From IMG/VR virus record IMGVR_UViG_3300042900_000746, positions 69,871 through 133,870 of that record: a DNA stretch of 64,000 nt. One strand, written 5' to 3'. A program made the translations under genes and the position numbers. The notes beneath the pieces are model-generated. The model was given only the letters and a program-made list of their open reading frames with translations, made no database searches and was not told the DNA's origin. This stretch comes from a virus (taxonomy: Duplodnaviria > Caudoviricetes). Of the stretch, positions 11,801 to 20,527 are shown one piece after another (position 1 is the stretch's first letter; each line of letters starts with the position of its first letter).

Positions 11801-12493
11801 TGATGACTTGGTGAAATCAGCAATCACATCTGCTGGGTTATACCATTTTATTTTTCTCTGACCTTCTTCGCGTTCTCCAAAGATTGGGTCGACAATTGCT
11901 TTTTGCGCACCATACATTGCTGGTAATTCGTAGGGCATTCTTCGGCCAGCTCGGACCAATCTCTGTTGTAGCTCATCCCTATATTGCCATACGGCTGGAG
12001 GCTCATTGCCCAAAAAGTTAGATCCTGCAAGATTTTTTTCTTCTTTAGTTAGGTATTGATAGCCATGTCTTTCGCTAACAATTCCATCATATCCAGTAGT
12101 TAGCTGCCCTTGGCGCTCATATACTAACTTGGAATAAACATCGCTTTCACCTTCTACATACCTGCTAACACCTTGCAGCTCATCTAAATGGCGACGAATT
12201 TCAACAGCGCTTTTAACCATTTTTGTTGCAAGTGGTTTGCCATTGTCAGAAGAAGTTTGTAAAAACTTTGCTAGTTTTAATCCACCACGCTTAGTGACTT
12301 TTGAAGCTACACCAGAAGCTACCATTACAGTAGCCGTCGAGGCAAAGAATTTCATTATAGGATGGCCATTTAAGGCCCTGCTAATCATTCCAGAGTTTGA
12401 TGCTGTACCTTCAGATTCACCCTCATTTATGGGCAAATCTCTAGACGTTACACCGTATCCTAAGTTTTGTATTGGCCCTGGATCGCGTATCAA
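5855..12493 (-). CDS. 2212-aa tape-measure-like or ejected virion protein
   Basis: Very long Ala/Gly/Ser-rich, apparently helical protein with hydrophobic segments, directly downstream of two tail-chaperone-like genes (canonical tape measure position). Confidence 0.6.
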   Translation of the reverse strand: MIRDPGPIQNLGYGVTSRDLPINEGESEGTASNSGMISRALNGHPIMKFFASTATVMVASGVASKVTKRGGLKLAKFLQTSSDNGKPLATKMVKSAVEIRRHLDELQGVSRYVEGESDVYSKLVYERQGQLTTGYDGIVSERHGYQYLTKEEKNLAGSNFLGNEPPAVWQYRDELQQRLVRAGRRMPYELPAMYGAQKAIVDPIFGEREEGQRKIKWYNPADVIADFTKSSLTMMATMIAPFEGAGAALGAGKSSLNTLRYSMNDMRNLTPFNKKLRQGFVDVTETLADVGHDFATMTNKFLKSSAQTSGALSTATKAYTQNQQGFVQNLQSLRHGVKAARDAEIAQGASRQAINKAGANAFFKGFKDASGETSASITELPSAFRGLRKAFVAGKEEYKNLGRGYDALENSIAHARVLKSMGGTPQAAQTLESAMHKIQSQHSSRLSSFARGVRIMGGGGPGNESLPRSNFAYNQQTDAFKDLLQDQLISRGLDGKQAKQFTDYLKVRLPRSNMESTNIITIGKTKIYEEGADAASLSEDFFSRVIQRYKGVSGGKTFEDAIQPNALKNSVEDARDIFASKEFQKGLNNKIEKNWNKFYRDDLTTIGGGILKPMKANYNDFTGPQTAAKTEFLQRKTAQTLGINLTDSTGRQVSNDIVTAGLRKRGFDPNQFTDLRAFLIKNRQMTSGVSGGGHNLFGLKSLTIDEARQSGRFSHMSEPEQKIIHDLASRMAINDPVSKSIGFSKMDGVYQSRSGQILDFTSVKSTFSKTANFFASEFKIPILGFNPADLFGYRSFSEMANRSPLQYVSSRSVQPFMPEGASTKSDFHMWFKTKGSKGKLMAFDTDNVSETIHSSLMSGTYRALPTNTTDLLTRHTRFAANMQGQTINEIRDSSGSKFLDRILGGERALRFKKKMSIDPEQPNSLFGLASRFKNRSTDLSNNGVMARLLSGDDLKYNSGGKERLIKIDKQTSGGLRVVDDLGNVVDDFSEADLLRGMHSLSKESLRYGTPVKVMKELETLNPGLFTFGGRTASSIETAEDAVKFADDLLAAQKLVSQQLRRQGVDPTMLNASSSRIRNLKDSTNLNAMSQMAEKSPTITTKLDQLKNEIFRYISQSNQMQAGSSGNIFIEMQTVVDKLIKSGAISSSERVEAQAAALSTMFNMSAFKTFKHSAGNLENARAGAVEMFELSRSNNGSLKSMFDPFAKSEMSKISTGIRKKFSPLVSLKQKALGTSGYQADDLAVDPLGSGQSITVVPTFGTVFGRDPMGAIKSAIGLTTYSDPQSFSTASIPVSQGVERLNRYFGTLGMQLNVSDFKGPLDLFATGMVGKRVLPMYAAGVTALTVDRTMGGMVNEKDDRGERVYSPLVLGQVAKGAMELQSLSAGLTPGGMTYDEKKEQLVEGEVPIRQGRFWPLGNTPFKGGKIQYYRPSWYRKLQAGAMFTSDTYGSPAEKFLFYNDISPLRPLDPYRFERKHYEDRPYPVSGEYFTGPFGPLVPLANMTVGKLLKPQVLMHEDETAQGLANYTNAGQSGAYDASAYGMTSSYIDGVGFTRDMAGGPPGMPLTGSGAMTARPGSPIGSSGATGISGVNSMLASRAGSTGAAGSMVRSSLKDVNSQYSDLAYGPPKVSGVMAPRIVGAGAPLEPSTSSFQAGELGFRMQEMAGIYGFGFGNLRKSLGFGQQDYQPQRSVLQSASKAYGSTRAFWDLNLGGLGDAPLGNREGLGNLEFSEIVRRFIPKERTGVDYINPIENTMGKQYPFLPGSEYFTDFTRGDPYTKVQEGELRLPGVGYERFNRLNPDSTGSYGALDQLKILGDVAPYSQQYKTLDKKIDSMDLGPAERNKVADIRSQVESMATKNEFTDYKYKGSSAEEMGQHPLKFGAGRIGEYIAHSDNFAINKTIGKRTATEDWERKHVYGATFPEWQRPYDSYIKPMIDKSTQRDPITAATGLGIAGSLFGRTAKAKLLGTAVGVTTGLAASTYGQASELITGERFIPKQRKKELALEEYSDILNYVKNKRLETMAKSSGDEKAALDYGMAAKRTMYGADLYGKDIDTLSLSIPKRKREHFKAMLNAPEGERGRILSTAGRLERRIYEASWGMNVEQRPDLDDYFTRHELPDASWEGWHPNTNLEQVKIKTGESMGIEMSQMGYFPQQIREANLANPSYPQFGKSSDGNSTLDKLRQLMNGFGFSGSVTPVMNPFGSQGIDVSAGVR

Positions 12494-12510
12494 TCTAACT
12501 CCCTAGATTA

Positions 12511-13134
12511 TTATCCCCATAGTTTTTGAGCGATGGGGTCTTCATATGTTGATGTTCCTGGCATCTTAGACAGATTATGTCGTGCTGCATGCATTTTCTG
12601 TTTTTCTAACTCTTCTTCAGGATCTATCAACTGAAGAGTTAGATTAGTAGATTCAATGCCGTTAATGCCTTGTTTAATTTCTATTATTTTTTCAGCTAGG
12701 GCAACTCTTTCTGCTAATTGAGAAAAAGTCATTTCGTCTAATTGCTCTGGGCTGTATGTACTTATAGTAGCGAGAACAAAGGCTTTCATTAAATTTTTAA
12801 CTTCTGTTGCTTCTTCTCTTTTTTCTTGAAGAATTCTTTTTGCAAGTTTTGCAGAAGTTATCCCAGATATATCTAATACCTCCTGGGCTAAAGAAGAAAC
12901 ATTCCCAGGAGGTATTCGAGCAATATCAAAATCTTCAGGATAAACAATCGTAAATTCTAAGACTAGATCTTCAACATCAGCCGAAGAAAAATCTTCCAGA
13001 TCTTTATAATAAAGAATTTTATTATATTCTTTAAATGTTAGTTCTCTAAAAATTATATCTTTATTTTTAATATTAACAGAATAGATATTTCCATATCTGT
13101 TTTTAAGATCAAAGATTAATTGGCTGTCTAGCAT
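12511..13134 (-). CDS. Tail assembly chaperone-like protein, paralog of 13139..13687
   Basis: Lies between tube genes and tape measure; YGNIYSV..IIFRELT..EY and SLAQEVLDISG match the neighbour's YGDVYVT..IVWRVLN..EY and LIAQEVLEASG. Confidence 0.6.
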   Translation of the reverse strand: MLDSQLIFDLKNRYGNIYSVNIKNKDIIFRELTFKEYNKILYYKDLEDFSSADVEDLVLEFTIVYPEDFDIARIPPGNVSSLAQEVLDISGITSAKLAKRILQEKREEATEVKNLMKAFVLATISTYSPEQLDEMTFSQLAERVALAEKIIEIKQGINGIESTNLTLQLIDPEEELEKQKMHAARHNLSKMPGTSTYEDPIAQKLWG

Positions 13135-13138
13135 CTAA

Positions 13139-13687
13139 TTAGAGTTGTCTAACCTCAAGGGCAACAAAGCCTGAAGCTTCGAGCACTTCTTGAGCAATAA
13201 GAGATGGCATACCAGCCATGACTCCAAGTGCTGTTTTTTTGTCGTACTTAGGATAAAGCACGCAAAGTTCTGTGATAGCTTCTTCGTTCCACATGTTAGC
13301 TTCAGCAGAAGTAAGCTGTCCACCCTGGACCAATTGCTCCATCTTCTTAACAACCTGCTTGTATTCAACTCGATTCAGTACTCGCCAAACAATATGCTTA
13401 TCATAAGAAATGGATGTAACGTAAACGTCTCCGTAATGTTGCTTCCATTGTTTAATCATTCCAGCGTTGGGGCCACCGTCCCAAATTTCTACATCATCTG
13501 CCAGATCTTCAATATCTTTTGACTCTTCAACTTCAAGATCGAGATCGTATTCTTCGATTGCTTCCTGAGCTCTTACGTCGATGGCATCTGGATCATCGGT
13601 TGTAACCAATGTGACTGCTTCATCAAAACCTAAATTTTTGATATCCTCTGGGGTATCTCCTATTACTACTTTTCTTTGATTTGTCAT
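13139..13687 (-). CDS. Tail assembly chaperone-like protein
   Basis: Position after the tube genes, acidic composition, paralogy with 12511..13134. Confidence 0.6.
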   Translation of the reverse strand: MTNQRKVVIGDTPEDIKNLGFDEAVTLVTTDDPDAIDVRAQEAIEEYDLDLEVEESKDIEDLADDVEIWDGGPNAGMIKQWKQHYGDVYVTSISYDKHIVWRVLNRVEYKQVVKKMEQLVQGGQLTSAEANMWNEEAITELCVLYPKYDKKTALGVMAGMPSLIAQEVLEASGFVALEVRQL

Positions 13688-13763
13688 ATTAATGTTTCTC
13701 CTTAGTATGTATCAGTACATAATATCATAAAATTACTTTTTTTTCAATTATAAATCACTAAAA

Positions 13764-14729
13764 TTAAAAGCTCCAGCTAGTACTTGGATCTCGCAACAAC
13801 TGATCAAATGTTGTTGAATCAGGATCAATATTAGATGGCGCATCAGAATCTGAAGTATTATTTGCAGACATTCCTTTTATAAAATCAAGCTTTGCTTCAG
13901 TAAAATAATAATCTCTAGCTATGAATTGGTAACTTTCACCAATTGCCATTCCTCCTGGGCTATAGGTTGTTGACATATTCATTAGATTAACTTGCTGAAG
14001 TATTGTTTTCATTGGACTTACTTTATTGTCCATTTTAATAGTTCTTTGATTAACGTCAAAAGACATTTGATTGTTTAAATAACTAGAAGTACTTGTATCT
14101 TCAGAAGTATTAGCACTAAATGGACTTAATGCTGTTTCTTCTAGTCCGTACAAGATAACAAAATTGAATGGTGGATGGGCGCTGAATATATTGGTAGTGT
14201 CATATCCAGAAACTGCCGGGTCAGAAGTTATTCTATCCAATTGACTATAGGCCCAAAATTTTTCTATATTACTTTCATCGCTTGAAGAAAGTTGTGAATC
14301 TAATCGTGAAACAATTGTGTCTTTTGGTGTCCTAACATCTTTATTCATCACTCGAGATTTTGCTGCTTTTTCTAGAAGCTCTGTCATTCTGCGCGGATAC
14401 CTGGTAAATATGCTTATTTCACCACTAATGATTCTTGAACCAAGCATGACAGTATCATAATTATATGACCAGAATCCGTAAACAGGTTGCTTTTCCTGCC
14501 TAACGGAATAGGAAAAGGAAGCAATATCTAATTCATCTTCCGGGCCAAAAAGACCATCAATGTAAACTCTTACATCTTCTCCACTGAAGTAGTAATCATA
14601 ATAATTATTAAAAGTTTTGTCAGTGTCTGGTGCTCTACCTGCGTAGACTCTATCTATATGATTTGATAAAGGATCGTATTCTTTATCAAATTTCCAAAAC
14701 TTTTTATTATCTAATCTTGATTCCGACAT
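13764..14729 (-). CDS. Tail tube-like/baseplate hub paralog (321 aa)
   Basis: FSGED, SYSVRQEKQPVYG and PPFNF motifs shared with 15570..16247 and 14759..15493. Confidence 0.6.
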   Translation of the reverse strand: MSESRLDNKKFWKFDKEYDPLSNHIDRVYAGRAPDTDKTFNNYYDYYFSGEDVRVYIDGLFGPEDELDIASFSYSVRQEKQPVYGFWSYNYDTVMLGSRIISGEISIFTRYPRRMTELLEKAAKSRVMNKDVRTPKDTIVSRLDSQLSSSDESNIEKFWAYSQLDRITSDPAVSGYDTTNIFSAHPPFNFVILYGLEETALSPFSANTSEDTSTSSYLNNQMSFDVNQRTIKMDNKVSPMKTILQQVNLMNMSTTYSPGGMAIGESYQFIARDYYFTEAKLDFIKGMSANNTSDSDAPSNIDPDSTTFDQLLRDPSTSWSF

Positions 14730-14758
14730 TATTACCTGCTATCTAACGATGTTTTCTA

Positions 14759-15493
14759 TCATATTGGGATGATACGTTCTACCATATTTTGATTATAAAA
14801 TTCAGATATTTTATCTACAGCTTCGTCACCAAATATATTTCTAGATATTTGCACATCTCTTTGGGTTACTGCTGGATCTTTCGTTGAGTCTATTTCAGAA
14901 CTAATATCCATTTTCACCATAGGTTGAATGCCACGAGCCATATAGGTGTAAGTCTGTTCTGTAATTATGTCCTCAATTGATACTGTTTGACCTTCATCTA
15001 CTATAGTAATACCAAAGATCTTCATTTTTGCAGATTGGCCATACTCATTGAAGAAAGAAATTACTATATCAAATGGTGGAAGCATGTCCGCCAGTGGAGC
15101 GAAGAAGCCGTTTCTTCTGGCTAGAAGTTCTCTATATTTTTTAATTTTATAAAATGCATACTCATTAAAAACGGTAAATATTAAGCTTCCAGCTATTGTT
15201 CTTCCACCTTTAATGAAGCCTCTTACATTTACGTGCCCAAGAGTTCTAACGGGAGAATTTTCTCTATGTATTGAATACGACAATGTTTGCAGTTCGCCCA
15301 ATTCGATAACGTCACCATCATTAGTGATTTTTCCGTCTTCACCTATAACTGGGATAATCATTGTTGCTACGGCATCTGCTCCTGAGAATGATATATTCTG
15401 AAGACCGGTGTTTGGATTGTAGGTCCCACGAGGTTCGGTGTCCTGTGGCGGTTCAACAATAATTTTTGGTCTTCCAGTAAAAAGTTCTGTCAT
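14759..15493 (-). CDS. Tail tube-like paralog (244 aa)
   Basis: FSGAD, SYSIHRENSPVRTLG, IAGSLIFTVF and PPFDI...NEYGQSA nearly identical to motifs in the tube gene. Confidence 0.65.
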   Translation of the reverse strand: MTELFTGRPKIIVEPPQDTEPRGTYNPNTGLQNISFSGADAVATMIIPVIGEDGKITNDGDVIELGELQTLSYSIHRENSPVRTLGHVNVRGFIKGGRTIAGSLIFTVFNEYAFYKIKKYRELLARRNGFFAPLADMLPPFDIVISFFNEYGQSAKMKIFGITIVDEGQTVSIEDIITEQTYTYMARGIQPMVKMDISSEIDSTKDPAVTQRDVQISRNIFGDEAVDKISEFYNQNMVERIIPI

Positions 15494-15516
15494 TGTTCCT
15501 TGTCCTTATAATGAAA

Positions 15517-15545
15517 TGTGCACGGAGGAAGATCCCCCGTGCACA
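15517..15545 (-). terminator. GC-rich hairpin after the tail tube gene
   Basis: TGTGCACGG...CCGTGCACA inverted repeat followed on the minus strand by TTTCATT. Confidence 0.55.
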
Positions 15546-15569
15546 CCTGTCAACCTAAAGTAGTTTCTA

Positions 15570-16247
15570 TTAGGGTCTGATAATATCTGACTTAAGAGCG
15601 TTTGACTGAATAAAGTCAAGAGCATCAACGTCCATATTATCAATGAGACCATCTGTTTTGATTGTGTACATCGGGCCGAGTTCACGAGCAACATAAGTCA
15701 TTGTTTCTTCAATGACGATGTCATCCATTGAAGCGCCTGAACCTTCGTTCAAAAGTTCGCAACCATAGATCGATCTAACGGCAGATTGGCCATACTCGTT
15801 TACAAATGTGATAGTGATATCAAAAGGAGGAATCTGGTCAGCGTAGTAAGGAACTTTCTTTACAACACTGAGCGCCTGATCATTGACATCGGCTATTCCG
15901 CGATATTTGTAAGATGTATCGCCAGGAAGTGCGTTATGACTTCTTGTGTAGAAAACCTGTGTCGGATCACCATTCGCACGGTTCTTGTCCAACATTGTAT
16001 ACAACGCTGGGCGATCAAAAACTGTGAAAATTAATGAGCCTGCAATACCTCTTTTTCCTCTTGAAAAAGAACGAGGATTAGGTGAACCCATTGTGTAAAT
16101 GGGAGCTTTTTCTCTAGTGACAGAGAAAGTAATGCCCGAAAGAGCACCAATTTCAATTCCACCAAAAGTGGCTACAATGTCTGCACCTGAGAAGGTGGTG
16201 TAGGTATTTAGGTATTTATTTACTGATGTATAATCTTCAGTTGCCAT
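15570..16247 (-). CDS. Tail tube protein (225 aa)
   Basis: Immediately downstream of the sheath gene, typical size, beta-rich, followed by a terminator. Confidence 0.7.
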   Translation of the reverse strand: MATEDYTSVNKYLNTYTTFSGADIVATFGGIEIGALSGITFSVTREKAPIYTMGSPNPRSFSRGKRGIAGSLIFTVFDRPALYTMLDKNRANGDPTQVFYTRSHNALPGDTSYKYRGIADVNDQALSVVKKVPYYADQIPPFDITITFVNEYGQSAVRSIYGCELLNEGSGASMDDIVIEETMTYVARELGPMYTIKTDGLIDNMDVDALDFIQSNALKSDIIRP

Positions 16248-16272
16248 TTTGAATTACCCTCCAATCGGTATA

Positions 16273-17547
16273 TTATAAGTTAATGGCTACCTGGACTTCG
16301 ATTGTTTTAAGTTCGAAGGCAGGTGTTAAAACGAGGTCAACAATCGCTTTATTTTGGTTGGGAACATACGAAACTGTAAAATCGCTTCCCAATAAAGCAC
16401 CCATGAGCTGCATTCCTCTTAGACCAGAAGTAATTGCTGTTTCCATCGCATTACGAACTTGAATATTTGATGGCTCACCAATAAACTTCTGGCAAACTTG
16501 TCTAATGACAAGAGAAGCTTCGTCAACAATTCTCTTTGTTGACAAACGCGTGTAATCTGATGTTGACTGGCCGAATGTCAAGCCTTCACCAAAAACTGCT
16601 ACTTTATTAAAATTAAGAACAACAGTATTGATGCCCTTTGTACTCAAAGCTTGCTGCTGAGTTCTTGTTGGAGCATAACGAAGAGCCTCAACGTTGTAAA
16701 GTGGCTTGTTAACTACTGAACTATATGAAGGAAGTCTACTCATTGAAGCTGCCAAAAAGGCTGCACCATTTGAATAGCCAAATTGTGTTGTTCCTGATGA
16801 ATAGTTAACTGGCTTGATCTCAGTGGCGATAATGGTGACGTACGGTCCGACTGTCTTCCATGCATCTCCAGAATCTCTGTCTGGCAATCCAGACAAGTTA
16901 ATTTTAGTTGCTATTTGACTTGGAGTCATTCTTTCGTAAGTAGCAGCTCCGCCTTCAGCTTGACTTACCAAGAAAGGCTTAACGCCCATAACGGCTATGC
17001 AAGGGTTTGTGCTTTCTGAAATTTCCTTAGCCTTAACTGCAACCTTATAGGCCCAGTTTGTTGCATAGGCGGTATTGTTGTCGGCGTGGAAACCAAATTC
17101 TCTGTCATCGCTAGGCGTGGCAGTTGCATTCAGCGACCAGTCATTCGGATCTGAGCCACGGCCCCAAGGGATGATAATATCCGGGACTGCTGATTCTGCT
17201 GCAACAAAAGCTGCATCAAAAACAGATCCACCAAAGGTTGAACTTGTTACTGTGCAGAGTGAATGATCGAATATTGTATCGCTTGGAAGCGGAACAACGA
17301 AAATTCTTTCAGCGCCAGCGGTGACCAACTCCACAAATGCGCGGTGTGCATCTGATCCGTTGCCAAATGCGGTAATTGCATCAGCTTCGTTTGATACTCT
17401 AACTATGTCAAGGTCGGGAACTCCACCAGTGCCGTCAGCAGTGCTGCGCTTTGCAATGGTTACAATTCTCGGACCAACAGGTGCGTCTTGTCTCGACACA
17501 CTGTAAAAACGATCTCTTATTAAGGTTGTTACTCCAGGTATAGCCAT
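16273..17547 (-). CDS. Tail sheath protein (424 aa)
   Basis: N-terminal MAIPGV and C-terminal sheath-type pattern (QQALSTKGIN, RLSTKRIVD, FIGEPSN, VDLVLTPAFELKTIEV). Confidence 0.8.
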   Translation of the reverse strand: MAIPGVTTLIRDRFYSVSRQDAPVGPRIVTIAKRSTADGTGGVPDLDIVRVSNEADAITAFGNGSDAHRAFVELVTAGAERIFVVPLPSDTIFDHSLCTVTSSTFGGSVFDAAFVAAESAVPDIIIPWGRGSDPNDWSLNATATPSDDREFGFHADNNTAYATNWAYKVAVKAKEISESTNPCIAVMGVKPFLVSQAEGGAATYERMTPSQIATKINLSGLPDRDSGDAWKTVGPYVTIIATEIKPVNYSSGTTQFGYSNGAAFLAASMSRLPSYSSVVNKPLYNVEALRYAPTRTQQQALSTKGINTVVLNFNKVAVFGEGLTFGQSTSDYTRLSTKRIVDEASLVIRQVCQKFIGEPSNIQVRNAMETAITSGLRGMQLMGALLGSDFTVSYVPNQNKAIVDLVLTPAFELKTIEVQVAINL

Positions 17548-17660
17548 ATTATTTTTAGACCTCCGATTAGGAATCTTTTAGAATCTTCATTTATAGTAAC
17601 AGACAAGTTATAAAAACAACTTCACAAACATTTTATCTGAAGATAAATATATAGGTTTGA

Positions 17661-18557
17661 CTAGTAATTTGGGCTGGCAGATTGTTGTAAGTCAACTATA
17701 TTTATAGTGACATCTTCAAAATTTGGTGTCGCTAATGATTCAACGATACTTCTTTCATATGCCATCCAAGTTCTTGCATCCACTGCGATCTTCTGGATTC
17801 TTTCATTCTTAATTGCAAATGTTTTTTCTGTAGTTAACATATAGGTTACAGTTCTTTTATGCAGGTCTTTTCCATCTCTATTTATTTCAGAATCGGAAAG
17901 TCTTCTAGAATACACTAACTCCGAAGCGCCAGAAGCTTTGAAGACTGGAGTATATTCCAACATAAAATCTTCAAAAGCTTCTATAACTTGATCGGCCAGC
18001 ACCGATGCATCGAGATCGTCTCTAGTTGTTGTAATATTATCATTTTGGAATGTTCCCACTTTTGTGAGAACTGAAAATGAAACTATATTTTGAAATTTTT
18101 GACCATATACTGTTACAGTATTTTCCAATACATTTTGTCTCATTCTAGGCTTTGGCTCTGTAGTATGAGTTTTTCTTAATTCCAAAGAATAAACAATAAT
18201 TGCTGGAAATTCTTCTAAAGCTGTTAATCCAGAACTTGATGACGCTGGCGCAGAAGATATTTCACTAACTTGAGTGCTAGATGTCATTGTATCAGAATAG
18301 GTACTACTAGTCTCTCTATTGATACCACTAGGAAGAATGGGTATCGTAGGATAACTTTCTTCCCATATTTTTTTAACTAAACCTATAAATTCGAGATAAC
18401 TTAGATTGCCAGAATATATTTCTTCTACGCCATTCTCATCCAGTCTTCGGTAGCCTGGAGATTGGAGTACTGAATCTTTTAGTTGACTAGCCCAAATTGG
18501 TTCAGTAAATCTACTTTTTCTTCCGTGAGAAGGAAAGCCTCTATTTATATATGCCAT
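17661..18557 (-). CDS. Putative tail completion/terminator protein
   Basis: Position upstream of the sheath gene; start placed at MAYINRG to avoid overlap. Confidence 0.5.
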   Translation of the reverse strand: MAYINRGFPSHGRKSRFTEPIWASQLKDSVLQSPGYRRLDENGVEEIYSGNLSYLEFIGLVKKIWEESYPTIPILPSGINRETSSTYSDTMTSSTQVSEISSAPASSSSGLTALEEFPAIIVYSLELRKTHTTEPKPRMRQNVLENTVTVYGQKFQNIVSFSVLTKVGTFQNDNITTTRDDLDASVLADQVIEAFEDFMLEYTPVFKASGASELVYSRRLSDSEINRDGKDLHKRTVTYMLTTEKTFAIKNERIQKIAVDARTWMAYERSIVESLATPNFEDVTINIVDLQQSASPNY

Positions 18558-18558
18558 A

Positions 18559-20154
18559 TTAAACTCCTGGTCCTGTTGATAAGGCAAAGTCAATTTTCTT
18601 TAACCCTAGGGCAGAAAGAACTTCTATGTAGAATATTATACTTCCAACAGTGGTACTACTTACTTCTACGTTAAAAGAATAACTAACTATAATTTTATCG
18701 CTTTTTAAAGATTCTAATAAAGATCTTACATCGTCTACTACCTTATCGTATCCTAGTTGACCGATAGCTTTGTACCCATATCCTCTGATTCTGCTTACTA
18801 GAAGAGCTACGAGTCTCATTTGTGCCGCTTTGTGCAGGGTGGATTCTGGATCAGAAAGGGTATACTCATTGGTTAAATAGACTTCAAATGGAACAGATCT
18901 TCTAGTCTTTTTTCCTCTATATATAGTATTGACTCCTATGTCATCTAATCTTTGATATTCAGATTGGGATAAGTCTGATCCATACAATGACATTGCTCCT
19001 GGTATTCTTGTTCTAATGAGACCCATATTTAGTGGTCTTGAGGCGAACATTCCCGCTAGCGATGCTGCTATGGACGAAACGTAAGATGTTTTTATTTGAT
19101 CGTGCTGGTATACAGCTTCACCATATACTGGAATGACAAATCTTCCATTATCAGAAGAAATTTGACCAGTCATATTTATTGTAGTTAATTTATCAGTTAG
19201 GACAGAATTTGCCTCTAATAAATCAATATCTGGAGATGTAACGCCACCACTTCTTGATCCTATTATTCCAATTTGGACATAGCCAGTAGTGTTGTGGAAA
19301 TCAGCGCAATAATCAGCTAACTGGGTTATAAAATCAACTCCACCTGTTTTAATAATGGAAGTTTCTAGTGGAACAATAATATCAATAAAATCTAAATCTT
19401 TAATTATTGAATATGTTTCTTCTAATCTTTCATAATATTTTTCATAAAAAGTATATTCACTGGGTGTGGCGGCGTTTCTGTCAAATAGAGTATTGGAAAT
19501 ATTTCTGTCAGAATATTTATCCACATATTCAGACATGGGAGCTGTTGCGCAAATCATAATATCCCTAGCTCCTGCAGCGTATGCATCAAATACACCTCTT
19601 AGCAGGGGGCTGGAAAGATCTGCCCCAAGAAGATCAATAGCACTTTGCATTGACCTAACATTAACGGGGTTATTAAATTCCATTCCATTTGCGTGGCCAA
19701 TTAATAAAATCGTACTAGTATTATTTGAGTTTAACTGTTCATAACTTGGCTTATAGTTTACTACGGTACTTTTATTTGGGGAAATAACTATTGGACTTAA
19801 AGTCGATACTTCACCTTTAACTTGAAACTTTGCACTTATGTTTAAATTTCCAGTGGAGTTAGTTGTTTGTGCAATAACAGAATAAATTCCCTCATATAAT
19901 TTATCTGGAATTTGGTAATAAAAAGTAAATTCTTTAGAATTACTTTTTTCAATATAAATAGGTCCTGAAGGATTTTCTTCTTGAATTAAATAAGAATATG
20001 GACCATCTATTACTGGACCGCTACCATACTCTCCTCTAATAACAGAAAAATATATGTCTAATGGTGTTGAATTGGCGGTTGGGTCATATATATTTCCTTC
20101 TGAAATAAATATAAATTTAAATTGTACCGACTGACCTCTGCTAACTATTAACAT
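18559..20154 (-). CDS. Second sheath-like protein with an extra N-terminal beta-rich domain
   Basis: C-terminal part has a sheath-like pattern (YQRLDDIGVN, QMRLVALLVSRIR, IEVLSALGLKKIDF); start placed at MLIVSRG. Confidence 0.6.
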   Translation of the reverse strand: MLIVSRGQSVQFKFIFISEGNIYDPTANSTPLDIYFSVIRGEYGSGPVIDGPYSYLIQEENPSGPIYIEKSNSKEFTFYYQIPDKLYEGIYSVIAQTTNSTGNLNISAKFQVKGEVSTLSPIVISPNKSTVVNYKPSYEQLNSNNTSTILLIGHANGMEFNNPVNVRSMQSAIDLLGADLSSPLLRGVFDAYAAGARDIMICATAPMSEYVDKYSDRNISNTLFDRNAATPSEYTFYEKYYERLEETYSIIKDLDFIDIIVPLETSIIKTGGVDFITQLADYCADFHNTTGYVQIGIIGSRSGGVTSPDIDLLEANSVLTDKLTTINMTGQISSDNGRFVIPVYGEAVYQHDQIKTSYVSSIAASLAGMFASRPLNMGLIRTRIPGAMSLYGSDLSQSEYQRLDDIGVNTIYRGKKTRRSVPFEVYLTNEYTLSDPESTLHKAAQMRLVALLVSRIRGYGYKAIGQLGYDKVVDDVRSLLESLKSDKIIVSYSFNVEVSSTTVGSIIFYIEVLSALGLKKIDFALSTGPGV

Positions 20155-20155
20155 A

Positions 20156-20527
20156 TTATTTCTCTCTAGTTGCGCCAACTATCCAATAATTAATCTTACC
20201 ATGTCTGCCTCTTACTGCAGTGATAGCATCAATCTTGAACATTGTATAGTTTTTTGTTGCTTTGGCGGAATAATTCTCATATATTCTATCACCCTCTTTA
20301 GGGTAAACGATGTCTTCAAAATAATATACTGCATCATATTTTGTCAAAAGACCTTCATCATATTCTTGTGTTGAATTAGAATTCACGGCCCCCGATTGGC
20401 CAACCTGCCTAGTTGTGACTAACTCGAATTGATTATAATGATTTCCATTTGCAAGTATTCTTTGAATATGAACGTTATGTCCCCATTCTCTAAGAATCTT
20501 TTTGAAAGTTTTCTTGACATCAATCAC
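20156..20527 (-). CDS. Putative head closure (stopper) protein
   Basis: 123 aa with PKEGDRI pattern, in the neck-gene position. Confidence 0.5.
   Translation of the reverse strand: MIDVKKTFKKILREWGHNVHIQRILANGNHYNQFELVTTRQVGQSGAVNSNSTQEYDEGLLTKYDAVYYFEDIVYPKEGDRIYENYSAKATKNYTMFKIDAITAVRGRHGKINYWIVGATREK

Noticed and set aside
13135-13368. 77-aa alternative-frame ORF as a programmed frameshift product of the tail chaperone
   Set aside because: It stops just before the next gene, I found no convincing slippery heptamer, and the downstream gene is a complete paralog with its own start
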